From NCBI RefSeq assembly GCF_041956535.1, contig NW_027192198.1, positions 1-64,000 on the forward strand: a DNA stretch of 64,000 nucleotides. The letters are read 5' to 3'. The DNA is from Calcarisporiella thermophila CBS 279.70 (lineage: Eukaryota > Fungi > Calcarisporiellomycota). Shown here one piece after another: positions 37,883-50,539 of this stretch (positions are counted from its first letter, which is position 1; each line of letters opens with the position of its first letter). Both the position numbers and the translations under genes were made by a program. The notes below the pieces were generated by a model. That model saw only the letters and a list, made by a program, of their open reading frames with translations. It made no database searches and had not been told where the DNA came from.

Positions 37883-38838
37883 ATGAAAATCTATTATTCT
37901 TTCTTGGTATTGTTGGGCGCTAGTCTAGTAGCTGGTTTTCCAACCAAACCGATAAATGAAACTGATGAAGAGCTACCCATTCGTGCACATGTGGTAGGTG
38001 GAACTAAGGTGGATCAAGGGGAAATGCCTTTCGCTGTATCGGTGAACATTCGAGGTAGTCAAGGCGGTGCATTCTGTACTGGTTTTCTCATTACAGAATC
38101 GATCGCACTAACAGCAGCTCACTGCGTGGAGAATTGGCAGCAAGTATCCATCAAGTACGGTGATGTTGCACTCAACAATCAGAAGCAAATTGCCGCGAAG
38201 AATGTCGTGATACACGAAAAATATCAATCTTCTCGGAAAAATTATCTAGTAAATACTATTCTCTTGATTCTCTACACAACTACTTACTAGGATTATTTAT
38301 AATGGATGCAATAGCACGACATTGCGATTATCTTTTTGAAGGAGAAGATTGTAACCGGCCCAAATGCTAAGCCAATCACTATTGACACCATTAATCCTCA
38401 GCCCAATCAACTTGTGATATCGGCTGGGTGGGGTGCCACTAGCGATCCGGGAGGTGGCCTCTCTTCTCAGCTCTTAAAGGTGAATCAAAATATTGCTGAT
38501 GCCGAAACCTGCAAGAAGTACGATGAGAACTTCACCGGATTCGACGGTCCCGATTTCTGCGTTTTCCCTGTTCGTGGCAAATCCATCTGTTATGGGGATA
38601 GTGGAGGTCCTCTTCTATCTGGCGTAAAGGGCAAATATAAGCTGCTTGGTATCACATCTCATTGGAGTCGGACGGGTCGCTATTGTGCAGGTGAGTAGTT
38701 TTGGTCTTTATGTGCTGAATATAAATCCGAGTAATGATCCTTTCAAATCTGTGTTTAGACGGTACTATGTTCCCATACTTCACTCACGTTAGTTACTATT
38801 TGGATTGGTTGAAGTCTAAAGGTGTTCCTCTAAAGTAG
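37883..38838 (+). CDS. Secreted S1 (trypsin-fold) serine protease, 3 exons
   Basis: Signal/pro-peptide, VVGG, LTAAHC, HDIAI, SAGWG, SICYGDSGGP; last exon FTHVSYYLDWL. Confidence 0.93.
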
Positions 38839-39011
38839 CGAGGAAGAGCACTTCTTTTAATTTCCATGATTTTCGTCAAGTTGAATGAAATTGGAGTTCC
38901 ATTATACTTGAATAAAATTCCAAGCCACTTCCCCACATTATTTGAATTTACAAAATTAAATTGCACGGTTATCCAAAGTTATATTTTAATTATCCTCACA
39001 TTGTCCTGCTA

Positions 39012-41487
39012 CTATCGTATTTCGATATTTAATATCTTGATATCTTCCTGCGGTCTATCGGACTTATCGGTGCGGACTCGCTCGATTGCGTGGATAACAT
39101 CCATTCCAGCTGATGCTTGCCCAAAGATCGTGTGCTTGTTGTCTAGCCAAGGAGTCGGTACAACAGTGATAAAAAATTGGGATCCATTTGTGTTGGGTCC
39201 CGCATTGGCCATACTGAGACGATACGGGCGGTCGTGTCGTAAATCACGATGAAACTCATCTTCAAACTCGTTTCCCCAAATGGACTCACCGCCAGTCCCA
39301 TCACCAAGAGGATCTCCTGTTTGAATCATAAAGCCTTTGATAACGCGATGGAAGATCACATTATCATAGTAACCATTACGGGCATGAGTCACAAAATTCT
39401 CTACAGCCTTGGGTGCGTACTCGGGGAATAATCGTAAATGGATATCACCAGCAGTGGTGCGTAATATTGCGGCAGTTCCCAATTTTTGTTTCGAAGTAGC
39501 TGTTGCTGCGACAGTCTGTTCCTCACGTGAAGGTTTTTCGTTGAAAATATCACGTTCACCCTTATGTGAGTCTTCTGAATCGGGTTCTCGTTGTGTGAAC
39601 ATGAAGAAACGATTCCGTTTGAAAGCGGTGCAAAAGAGTGTGGGGTCAAGAGATTCACTTTCCTTTAGCAAAGGATTATCTGAAGCTGCCATAGCCTAAT
39701 GGTGCAATGCCGTGTGAGTATATATGTGAGATACTACTAAATGAATATATGAAAGTCCTCTACTCGGATATCCTCTTACCAAGGTCATCATTGTTTTTTT
39801 TCTTGGCTGACCCTGATAGAGTGACAAGTTCAAAAAACGGTGTGTCTCATCTTTGCCCAGAAGCCGCGCAACCCTATTTGAATGAATGTTGACCACTTTA
39901 ATCCCCAAAAGTGAAGGATAAATGATAAAGTGTCCGCTTTCGTCAAAAACTACTCAGAATTAAGACGGTTAGATATATTATATTGTTTTTCACAGAGATA
40001 TTGCACAACCCACCAGCATTGACAGTAGCGCTCTGAGGAGATTTGCTCAACTCGCGCTCTAAGGCAAGTCGTCGACCAAATTCCATGTCATCAAGCCGAT
40101 ACACCGCTGTCCCTGCCTGTTGCATTTCACTGTTTGCTTCGAGTGACTCATCATATTTACGAATGAGCTTGCCCGTTAAGAATTTGAATACTCGCACTTG
40201 GCGGTCATCCATGCTCATCGAAACGAAGTGAGTAAAATCGGGAGAGAAATTGATGGAGGTAGGAGTAGCTTTACACTATAAATAGTCATATAAAGAATAA
40301 GACATTGCTCTACCCAACGGGTGACAGTAATCAAATTCCATGCAAGGCATACTTTTTTGAATTCGTACAAATCAGTTTCAGATTTATACTCAAAATTAAC
40401 CTGCTTCGGAAGGTCGAATGGCTCCACTGGTTGCCAATACTCAACCATCCCAGAAGTATCCGCTGATACAACTGTATTGAAGCGCGCATTGAACTGGTGG
40501 GAGAAAAGGTCAAAATGTGAAATATTATTTTCTTTTGAGTGTGTAATACCTCAATAATATGCACTGGTGCTGAGTGTAGTTTTGTAATTTCATGCAAAGC
40601 CTGCCCGTCTGCTCGCCCATCATATATCCGAATGGTGGAAGACTCTTGGTCGGAGCTAGTTAAAACTGGTCAGACAAAAACCGGATGGAATAACCAGAAA
40701 AATTCTCACCATGCTATTAAAGCTTGTGCTTGTCCAGGTTGGTATATCCAGCATACAGTTTGTGGGACATAATCCAGCTTAATCATGTTAATCATGTCTA
40801 AAGGTTGACAAGTATAAAATTAAAAAAGAACCGGCGAAACGGGGAAGTTCCAAGGATATACCAAAATTAATAATATCAAACACCTTCAAAGACTTGTCGA
40901 CAGAAATGGTAGCAAGCAACTGCCCATTATCTGATACCGTTATTCCATTAATAGCACCTACAAGATAAATTCACAGACAAAACATAAGATTACCACTAAA
41001 ACTGAGATAGACCTGTACTCGATCCTTACCTAAGTGAGCTCTAAAATGTTTCACAAATTCAATTCCTTTCTCCGTTTTCTTCCAAAACTTAAGGTGTCCG
41101 TCGGCGGATGTTGTGATGACAAAATCCGTTCTATTTCGAGATTAAATGTATATTATTGTGACTCGATATATATTTTAACCATTAAACTTACTTTGTGATA
41201 GCAACGTAACTTAGAACATCCCGATGCATATAGCTTATTTCGTACATGTTAGCTGAAGGAAGTTTTTCGAGATAGAGGCGCTCATGGGCAAGTACTAAAC
41301 AAATACAGGAGAATTAAGGATCATGATTTCGTTTACAGCAAAATGATCCATTACCTCTTTTCTTCTTTTTCGGTGCGGCATCAGCCGATGAAGGAGGTAA
41401 CGGCCCAATATCAGCTTCATCGCCGTCTTCTGATGCAATTGGTCCCGGATCGCGTTCGTGTTTGCCCAAAGTTTGATGGGTTGGCAT
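39012..41487 (-). CDS. PPWD1: WD40-repeat cyclophilin (PPWD1/Cyp15), multi-exon
   Basis: Start MPTHQ...DIGPLPP; [15 protein letters not shown]; [12 protein letters not shown]; RDIFNEKP; [15 protein letters not shown]; [15 protein letters not shown]. Confidence 0.95.
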
Positions 41488-43635
41488 TATAACTGTGCAT
41501 GAAAAGATCTATTAAAAAACTAACTATATATAACTGCGCCATTTCAACAACATTTAATGCAAATTTCAGATTCAAGTTGAATTCAATAAATTCTGGAATT
41601 CTATGAAAAGCCATTGTAAAAAGTAATAATAATGCTAATATGCTACCCATCGGTCAACAGTCTGTAAAGCACCTTCTCATTTGTAAATATTCAATGCATC
41701 CGCTATTCTTATGAATACATGTCCATTAATTATTCACTTGTATTTTGAATAGTTATTATTTTTTTAAAACTATGCTTTAAACAATTAAAACACTGATACA
41801 AAAGAAATAAAATCGCCAAGTCACCACCAATAGTTGGACACATGTCCAAGGATTTATGCTGCCTATATTATTATAGTGCGTTGAAACGTTAAATAGAAAA
41901 GTGACTCAACCTATGAGCAAGTGAAAATGCTAACGAGCTCAGCAAACAATTCTCAAAATAATAAAAGGTCTTTATAAATTTTGCAGCCTCTTCATTTAGC
42001 CGTATATACTGTACTTGGCAAACGGATATTTTTACAAATTTTTACCAATTAGGAGCTAGACTTGCATGGCCATTTTCTTGGTGAAGTCGCACAACTTCAT
42101 TTGATTGCCTTAGCCGAAAGGCTAATATGATACGATCGAATAGAGTAGTCGGTGAGAGCATGCACGGAGTTTCTTAGAGGGTAGAATTGTAAAACCGAAA
42201 CTCAATCCTTTGAGGTGTGCATCAGAGAAATCTCCAAATCAACTGTTTGATAACATCTAAAAAAAATGAAAAACAATTACATACCGCCATGTGAGAATAT
42301 CTGAAATCAAACCCGAATTTTAGATACCGCTGCAATTCTCCCGATTCATTCCCTCCAGTTCCCGAACTGCCAGCTTCATAGCTAACTAAGGATATTGATT
42401 AATCATCAATTATTATAACCAACCAGCTTAGAGACGAGCCTCTAGCTTTTCCCTGAGATTATGGTGTTTTGGGTTAGTTTTTATGAGCCCTGTTCGTATA
42501 AGAGTTCGGATGATGGTATCTATAATGTTAGGAATACAGCTAATTAAGCTCTATTTGATGGCGCAAAATAGATGTAAACTTAAGTCCAATAACGGCTTGT
42601 AGATCTATCAGTAATCCATACTACCCACGAATTTTCCATGTTCTATTCCATATTTGAATGTATAAAATACGGGAAATATTAAATGATTCAACAGGCGGAA
42701 TTCCTCAACTGTTGGGCTATTAGGCATAAATAGGTGTATCGAAATGCTACGGTATGGTCGATCATCATATGCCCAAGATAGCCATCTGTTGTGCTTGTCC
42801 CTAGGAGGCTTACTCCATTATTACTATACAGGAAAGAGTATTTGCCATCACTTCCCTATCTAGATTTACATACAGATATTGATACTATACCAACACTAAA
42901 TAGCAATATACAAGCGTGTCTCCTCATCCCTTTCAATTGCGTAATTTGAGAGAGATTGGCAACCTCGACATGACCCAAAGAAGTCAAGGCAATTGCAGTC
43001 TTGAATATACACAGCAATATGACTATTTTATTTTGCTCTGCATACTCAAATTCTCATCGAAATGGATGCTGCTAAGAAGGCAGGCACGCGGCTAAATGCA
43101 ATGAGCGGTACTGTGCTCATAAATTCACTCAATTTCCCGCCCCTCTCATTGTTGCCCATTTTCTTGGGCAATATTATCCATAATCAAGCTCCGTGCGTTA
43201 GGGAGAAACCGAAAAAATTGAATTTACGTCATATAATTTGCAATATCCGATTCTATCAGGTTCAACAATAAACACTCGTTAACTTGCACAAAAATTCTCC
43301 GTGTCAAAGAACAAGATGCACCCTAATCATCATCTCGATTCTTGATCATTATCCCTTTTGTTTTTCAATTTTGGATTTATTTATTATACTCCTTTATTTC
43401 ATTAAAGTTTAGTTTTTCCTCTCTTTCACTGCTAACTTTCTCCCCTTCGTGCCTATGCATTTTTCGCCTCTACTCCTTTATTCCCATTGAAGCTTTTCAA
43501 TATTATCTTGACTAACCGCTTCATTTGCTCTTTCAATAGCAGATACCACCCCCTTTGCTATTGATATTCTTTCTATATTTTCCTTCAATCGTCACCCCCT
43601 ATTCAAATTTTCCTTCAATTTTCTCACCCACAAAA

Positions 43636-46223
43636 ATGCGTATACTTTTTTTTCTCTCTTTTGTTAATTTATTGCGAGCAGCGCTCGCTCAGAGCCTTAT
43701 GCCTCTACCCAAACTCCAGTGGCTCAACATCAAGGTGACAGATACTTCTCCCTCTCCCTCTCCCAGACGTGATTTCGCTATGGTATATGATGCAAAATTT
43801 AACATGATTGCTCTATTTGGTGGGAGGTATGTTATTTGTAGAACAAGTTGACCAAATGATCGATTAGTAACAGTCTATACTTTATTCTCCCAGATCTGAG
43901 GCCGGGATCCCATTAGGCGACACTTGGCTTTTTGAAACCAAGCAGCTTGTTTGGTCGAGGCCTGCTCCATCTGGTTTATCTACGGATGGTGATCCTCCGG
44001 CGCGATGGGGCATGGCATATGGGCTAGACAATCCACTAGACAACTCTCGTAATAACATGATCATCTCGATGGGACAAGGTGTAAACAATGTCGCTCTGAA
44101 TGATACTTGGGCATTTGATTTCAACTATAAAACTGTAATATCTATTTCTTTTTTGAATCTTTCTCTTTTAACTCATCCAAATGCATATTTTTATAGTGGC
44201 ACAGATTACCTACTTCTGGAGATGCCCCAACACCTCGTTGGGGTGTTGTGAGTGGCATCGACATCAGTCAAGCTAAAAACCCTAACCAGACCATGCTCGT
44301 GAGTCATGGAATGGATTCCAAGAATACCTATACCGAATTGTATAGCTTGACGATATCTGGCCAATTTGCAACAAACGTCGCATCCATGTCTGCCACTTGG
44401 AAGAAGCTTGAAACTTCTGGAAATGCTCCTGGTAAACCTATTTACGATTGTAAATTCAGATTGCATCGTAACTTTTCTTTTCTTAATTAGGCCGGAAGTT
44501 TACTGCTGGCACAATTCTATCCAATAATCGGCTGACGCTCTATGGTGGATGCATCGGCAATAATCTGGATACTTGCCCCCTTCAGGATGGATATGTTCTC
44601 AACACCTCTCCTAATGGCAATACGTGGACAAAGGCAGAAAATTGCTTTGCTCCTCGTGCATATGCTGCCATGACTTACAACCCTAGCACTAAAGATCCAC
44701 AGTTTAGCAATCAGGTTTTCGTGTACGGTGGGGTAGGATTACAGCAGCTTGACAATGGGCAAGAGGGTGAAGTGGGGGTGTTGGATGTCGGCGGAGGGAG
44801 GTGGAACATTATTCTTCCTTCGGGTGACCCGCTGGTACAAGGTGCTTCCAAATACCCTCCGCGTCGCGCTGGTGCTGCTCTTGTTGCATTGGATCAGCCT
44901 CTTGGTAACTCGAGCCTTCCCGCGTACGACATGTTTCTCTTCGGCGGGGAAGATCTTCCCGCAAAAGGATCAAAGCGCACAGGCATGTCAAGTGATATAT
45001 GGGTTCTGAGGGTGTACAGCGATGCGTACTTCGAAGGGAATAATACAGGGATGCCGACGACTGGAGGTGTAGCCGCAACCGGCCAGGGAGTGAATTTACA
45101 ACTCTTTCCGTGCGTCTCCAATGTTCCAGAAAACTCGGACACCGGATCATCGACCAAAGTGTCAGGCATAACGTCAGAGTTGGGTCAGCATGCTACCCTG
45201 ATGGCTTTGTCAATGGTGTTTCTCCCTCTTGCCACTACTGCAGTACGCTTTTTCTCAGGTGAACACAAAGCCGCTTTCAAGTTTGGGGCATTATTGTTGT
45301 ACGCAGCCGCCATTGGTACTGCTATTGCCGGTGGACTTCAAGGCCACTCTGATCAATCGAGCATATCTACACATGGAGCGCTTGGCATAGCTGTGCTCGT
45401 ACTCTCGCTTGGAGTAGCGCCCTTATTGACTGCGTTTATGGTGTTGATCCATTCTATTCAGCGCCGGCGTAAGGCCAATCTCTCCCCTATGTCTTTTGAT
45501 GTATCCAATTGGCTGTCCTCTTTACGCCCATCCCACCGAGCACCACAGAAATCTTTCGAGGTATCGCGTCCCGGAGGAACTGGTAGCCTGCTCCCCGCAA
45601 GTTCAACCAACACTTCTCGAACAGTTGCCTCCCAGAATGGAGCAAGAAAAAGTGTGAATTTCGAGGATTATTCCGGCCACCAACGAGAGACCTCGGCTAA
45701 TCAGAGCGCAATCTCCGCCTACTCCGTATACTCCTCTCAGCTAGATCCGGGTAGTTCTGATGTGCTCTCGACCCCGTGGAAAGTAGCGCGAACCATAGTG
45801 AAACTGATCGTGTATGCTTCGGTAGCTCTCGCCATTTGCTTCGAACTCTATTCTCTGTTCGTCCTTCATGCAGACCATACTTGGTTCTATCTATATCTTG
45901 TATTTGTGCTTGTCATTCTTGTTGCGTGGTTTGTCGCAGCATGGTTCGGATATCCCCGGTTCCAAGGATCGTGGCTTGTTGCCATGATGGAGACCTGCGG
46001 AGGGAGAGGTCAGGGCAGAGACCAATTTCGAGGTGAAGAGATGAGCGAAGCAACTGGCCCATACACTCGTCGGGATTATGAGCCACCCCGCCGAGGCTAT
46101 ATGGGTCAAGAGCCAGAAATGGATGAAGAAGAACAACAGAGAGAACTTGAGGAAGAGGTGAATAGCAGAGATGTCGTTGTGATGACGATTCCGAAACGAA
46201 GATTAACAGTGGTAAATGCATGA
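43636..46223 (+). CDS. Signal peptide + Kelch/galactose-oxidase-type beta-propeller + multi-pass (cytochrome b561-like) membrane protein
   Basis: Repeated PxPR...hhFGG...DTW blades; about six hydrophobic helices; QHATLM and STHGALG; C-terminus RDVVVMTIPKRRLTVVNA. Confidence 0.8.
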
Positions 46224-46558
46224 TATCAAAGATGATAAGTCGTTCGGTGTGTGTGCTTGTTAGTGTGTTTTTTAACGTCTTATCTAACTTCGATGACTTT
46301 TTCTTCTCATTGTTTATTTCTTTTTCTATCGCCTTTTGTTCTATTTTATTCCATATATATATAAATGCGTATATATATTGGTTTTGCCTTTTGTCGAATT
46401 TTTATTTTATTTTGATTTCATTCTCAAATATCGAGTACAATAGTCTCCGACGTTCTAGCTATATATCTTTACCTGTCCATTTTATGATTTCCGTGCGTTA
46501 ATTGAACTTTTCTTTCTCACGCCGTTCCAAATGTAACTCTTCTAGATAATTCTCAGCA

Positions 46559-46591
46559 AGAAAAACTCTGAAAATTTTTCAGAGTTTTTCT
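46559..46591. repeat. Perfect 33-bp palindrome upstream of the NLR
   Basis: AGAAAAACTCTGAAAA-T-TTTTCAGAGTTTTTCT. Confidence 0.9.
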
Positions 46592-46924
46592 CCATTTAAT
46601 GGAGATAGATAAATTTTGAATTTGCTCTTTTTTATGTATTTAGTCATTTCTATTCCAACAAGTGACATTATTCAATCTACTTCAACGACCGTATAATTCC
46701 ATTATAAATGTAAGATATCAATTCTATCCATACATTGAAATCCAATCACGGATAATATATTTGATATTGCAGACTTTTTTCTTACTTTTACTAATAATAT
46801 AAGGTTCCTGTGATAACGCTGGTGAACCGTAAAAGGGTTTAGACTGTAATGAGATCTGCCAGAATCAATCCACGCGAATTTACTAGATTTCATTGCTCAT
46901 GAATCTATTAATAAATCAACCAAC

Positions 46925-49900
46925 ATGCCATCACAAACAGCACCTGTCGACGGAAGAATAAAGGTACTTGAAGGGGCGGTCAACGCAGGAAATATGTATT
47001 TTGCTAATAATAAATCTGTTAATTTCGGTAAGCAAAGCTCAACCCTGATGCCTGACCCTTTCATCTTATTCTCCTACATCCTCAGGCTGTACCGTTATCA
47101 ATAATGTTAGTGAAGTCAATCTGGAGCTCAGGGCGAAGGATCCCTCCTTTGGTGTTCCCCTTGAGAATAAACAATTCGTCGAACGTAGGGACATCTTCGA
47201 CAGGATTCTCACCGTTTTCGGCGAGGAAAAACCAACAAAAGGGTGTAAAATTGTGGCACTGAAGGGACTTGGAGGAATGGGAAAGACACAATTGATGCTT
47301 CGGTATTGCTACCACCATCGCAAGGAATACAAATATGTATTCTGGCTCCAGGTGGATAGTTGGATGGCGGCTCTGGACTCCTTCCGTAAGCTGGCTATCA
47401 ATTTAGGGATTGAGGAGGGGAGGCTGAAGGAGAAGGATGCACAGGAGGGGATACTGGAGCACATCCGAGGATGGCTTAGGAAATCGACAAAGTGGTTATT
47501 ACTCTTGGACAATGCAAACAAAGAGGTGATCCAGAAGGTGTTTGATCTGTTTCCCGGACTGAGCGGGGATATCATCCTTAGCACGCGAGAGCCTGTTCCT
47601 GAATGGAAAGCTAGGATCATTGAAGTTGACAAGATGTATAGGGACGAAGCGCTTTCACTACTTTTAATGCAAGAGAAGGCTACGATTGACAGGGAGAGTG
47701 CGCGATTCCAAAATGCTATCAGAGTTGTAGAAGAACTTGACTATATGCCACTTGCAATTGGACTTGCAAGAAGCTACATTGATAATACGCTCCTTACCTT
47801 CCAGGAATATTTAAGCCGTTTACATCAACGTCGCAAAATTATACTTGAACATCAAGATGAAAACAGTCCTGGAGAATACAAGCATACCCTTGCAACTGTA
47901 TGGAAAATATCCTTTGAACGAATTCAAAATGTTTGCCCACTGGCAATCTCCATCCTTGAAGTATGTGCATTTCTCCATCCGGATACTATTCCAGTTCACC
48001 TTTTTGAATACCAGCGTTCGATTCTTGGATTCGGTTCAGTTTCTGCAGACCCATCATCCAATATACTCGATAATGAAGATATTAGAAGAGCGGTTTATTT
48101 ATTGAAAGAATTCTCGTTTGTATCGCTTTCATATCACGAAACGGATGGAACGGATGATAAAATTGCGAGTAACAAACTGAGAATCCATCGACTTGTTCAA
48201 AAGGTAGTTTATGAGAACATCACCATACAAGAGAAACAAAGATGGATTAGTAACTTAATTAGCGCCTTGAACAGCGAAATAAACCCCATTGACTCTCATG
48301 ATAGCTTTCACATTCGCACTCGGTCTATCATGGAAATATATCTCCCTCACCTTCGCTATTTGGTTGGACTATTCGACGATTTCAGTAAAACTTGTTTCAA
48401 CTCGAAAAGTTTGAACAATCTTTTGAATTATACAACAGCCTATTTACTGCATAATGGTGAGTTTTTTGGAACTGAAACATTCGCGCAGCTTTCCGTTTCG
48501 CTATCCGAGTCCGTAAACGGAGCTGAGGACCAGCAAACTGCAATTGCTCTTAATAATATGGGATATCTCTACAGTCAACAAGACAAAATTGAACAGGCTA
48601 TTGACCAATACGAGCGTGCTCTAAGAATCCTGGAAAAATGTCTGGGCACAGAGCATCCTGATAATGCACTCATTTTTGATAATCTCGCATCACTATATGC
48701 TGATTATGGCCGATATGATGATGCCGAGCTATTATATCAAAAGGCTGTGTACATCAATGAGAAAGCTTTGGGACCGGAGGATTCTCTTACAGCTCTTTCT
48801 ATAAGTCACCTGGCTGCACTATACGTAATACAGGGCAAATATGATCAGGCTGAATCCTTACATTGGCGTGCACTGAAGATTAGAGAGAAATGTCTTGGAC
48901 CCGAGGATCCAGTCACTCTCCATTCTATACATGATCTGGGCGTACTCTACCAGCATCAAGGGAAGTACGATCAGGCTGAATCGCATTACCGAATTGTCTT
49001 GGAGTCTCAAGAGAAAGTACTCGGTATTGATCATCTGCACACTATAAGTTCTCTTATCCACCTGGCTGGTCTTTACGAAAAGCAAGGAAAGTATGAGCAA
49101 GCTGAACCACTACTGCAACGCGTGCTGAAGGCGCGAGAAAACAAATATGGGACCGATCACTCAATCACTGCAGATGTCTACAATAGTATGGCTTCGCTCT
49201 ATGTCTGCATGGGCAAATATGAACTAGCCGAACCACTATATCAACGCGCATTGAACATCCGAGTAAAAACGTTTGGATCAGAACATCCAGAAACAGCCAC
49301 TTCATATAACAATCTAGCGCATTATTTTGAACAGCAGGACAAATATGATCAAGCTGAAACACTGTATCAACAAGTATTGATAATTCGCTTGAAGACGGTA
49401 GGCTTCGAGCACCCACTTACCGCAAAAGCATTTAATAATATGGCTTCCGTGTACGAAAATATGGGCAGATATGATCAGGCAGAGCTGCGATTTCAATCTG
49501 CTTTGGAGATCCATAAAAAAACGTTGGGTACCGAACACCCGGACACCTTGAGCTCTATTAACAATTTGGGATATATTTACTTAATTCAAGAAAAATATGA
49601 CATGGCTAAGCCGTTATTTCTACACGCTTTAGGGCTTGGTGAGAAGATATGGGGACCTGAGCACCCTAAAGTGCTTCCAACTCTTATTAACCTAGCCTCA
49701 TTATACTGGCATTGCGCCAAATACACTGAGGCAGAAGCGCTGTATCGACGTGCATTGATAATCCAAGAAGAGAAATTAGGACCAGCACATCAAGACGCCG
49801 CAAACACTTTGTGTCATCTAGGCCGTCTCTACATAGATCTAGATAAATATGATCAAGCTGAATTCATGCTCCAGCGTTCACTGGCGATCCGAAAGAAATC

Positions 49901-50539
49901 GTTGGGTGGTGAACACTCGGATACTGCAGTCACTCTCTATTGGCTTGGGCTTCTCCAAAAGATCCGAGGCAATTTCGATCAAGCCGAGTCGCTCTATAAG
50001 CGCGTTTTGGAGATCAGAGAGAAGGTGTTGGGGTCTGATCATCCCATCATAGCTCAGACACTCACCGAATTTGCTGATCTTTATTCACGCCAATGTAAAT
50101 ATAACCTTGCTGAGACTCTCTATCGCCGTGCTCTAACTAGCTATGAGAACGCTTTTGGATTTGAGCATCTTGAATATGCTCGGACGCTCAAAACCTTGGC
50201 TGAGCAGTATGAAAAGCAAGATAATGCGATCAGGCTGAACCGCTTTTCCAGCGCGCACTGGCAATCTTGGATACGCTTTTAGGAGCTGACCATCCTGACA
50301 CTATTGCTGTTCAAATTTTGCTATCTCAGCTCTACGAAGCTCGAGAAAACGCTATGCAAGCCAGACTTCTCTATCAATATGCACAGACTAGCTTGAATCA
50401 TCTTACTAGAAATCCAAATACCCGCTGCTATAGATTTTTCATACTGGATTATCGGTTTATTTCACTCTTCGATCTCCTCATAATACCCATACTCTATGTC
50501 ATAAAGAAAGCAAGCTATCATGAATTTATGCCCAAGTAG
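46925..50539 (+). CDS. Fungal NLR: short N-terminal N/G-rich motif + NB-ARC + 14-15 42-aa TPR repeats; frameshift at ~50223
   Basis: Exon 1 46925..47027, intron GTAAGC..CCTGAC..CAG 47028..47085, exon 2 in frame with ORF 47253..50282; GLGGMGKT, WLLLLDN, LSTR, YMPLAI, IHRLVQ; GxEHPxT...LA.LY..QGKY.QAE.LY.RAL repeats. Confidence 0.92.
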
